This document shows positions 63,335 through 64,000 of a stretch of DNA of 64,000 bases, piece after piece. The position numbers and the translations under genes are program-made. Position 1 is the first letter of the stretch; every line of letters begins with the position of its first letter. The notes beneath the pieces are model-generated. The model was not told the origin of the DNA, did not search any database, and saw only the letters and a list, made by a program, of their open reading frames with translations. This stretch comes from Lama guanicoe (lineage: Eukaryota). The stretch is from contig MU053557.1 in assembly GCA_013239625.1 (NCBI GenBank), positions 4,370,123 to 4,434,122 on the forward strand, given 5' to 3'.

Positions 63335-64000
63335 CACAAATGATAAATGCTGGAGAGGCTGTGGAGAAAAGGGAACCCTCCTACACTGTTGGTGGGAATG
63401 CAGTTTGGTGCAGCCACTGTGGAAAACAGTATGGAGATTCCTCAAAAGACTAAACATAGACTTACCATATGACCCAGCAATCCCACTCCTGGGCATATAT
63501 ACAGAGGGAACCTTAATTCAAAAAGTTACATGCACCCCAATGTTCATAGCAGCACTATTTACAGTAGCCAAGATATGGAAACAACCTAAATGTCCATCAA
63601 TAGATGACTGGATAAAGAAGTTGTGGTATATTTATATAATGGAATACTACTCGGCCATAAAAATGATAAAATAATGCCATTTGCAGCAACATGGATGGCC
63701 CTGGAAATTGTCCTTCTAAGTGAAGTAATCTAGAAAGAGAAATAAAAATACCATAGGATATCACTTATATGTGGCATCTTAAAAAAAAAAAGGACAAATG
63801 AATTTATATATAAAACAGAAACAGACTCACAGACAGAGAATACAGACTTGTGGTTGCCAGCAGCGGTTGGGGGGTAAACTGGGAGTTTGAGATTTGCAGA
63901 TACTGACTGGTATATATAAAATAGATAAACAAGTTTATACTGTATAGCACAGGGAAATATATTCAATATCTTATAGTAGCTTATGGTGAAAAGGAATATG
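63335..64000 (+). mobile_element. 5'-truncated L1 running off the window end
   Basis: [21 protein letters not shown]...WYIYIMEYYSA, then a 3'UTR like the 40052 and 60146 copies; the 5' flank 'tt|agaagatgtgat' is the predicted TSD. Confidence 0.96.

Overview
Mammalian genomic DNA, most likely camelid: it has a tRNA-Ala-derived Vic-1-type SINE and L1s with non-primate 3'UTRs, and I saw no Alu, BovB, PRE-1 or SINEC. The window looks intronic or intergenic. I found no recognisable cellular protein-coding gene, RNA gene or CRISPR array, and almost all listed ORFs are chance ORFs or L1 fragments. It is dominated by ancient MIR, L2, CR1/L3, hAT (MER5/20/53/102, Charlie1) and MaLR/ERVL relics. Younger insertions with readable target-site duplications (TSDs) are nested in these: several 5'-truncated L1s, one SINE and one ERV1-type solo LTR. 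Most notable: (1) a perfect 160-bp inverted repeat (61796-61955 / 62276-62435, 320-bp spacer) made of otherwise heavily decayed ancient transposon sequence; (2) two poly(A)-tailed insertions of LTR-like RNA ends (43453-43910, CpG-rich and ERV2-like with a clear TSD; 12283-12460 with an imperfect TSD), suggesting L1-mediated retroposition of endogenous retroviral transcripts; (3) an old ~300-bp local duplication that interrupts a MIR; (4) a candidate minus-strand exon (31816-32037) with a recursive-splice-like AG|GT. Repeat family names come from remembered consensus sequences, not a database search, and boundaries of old repeats are approximate.
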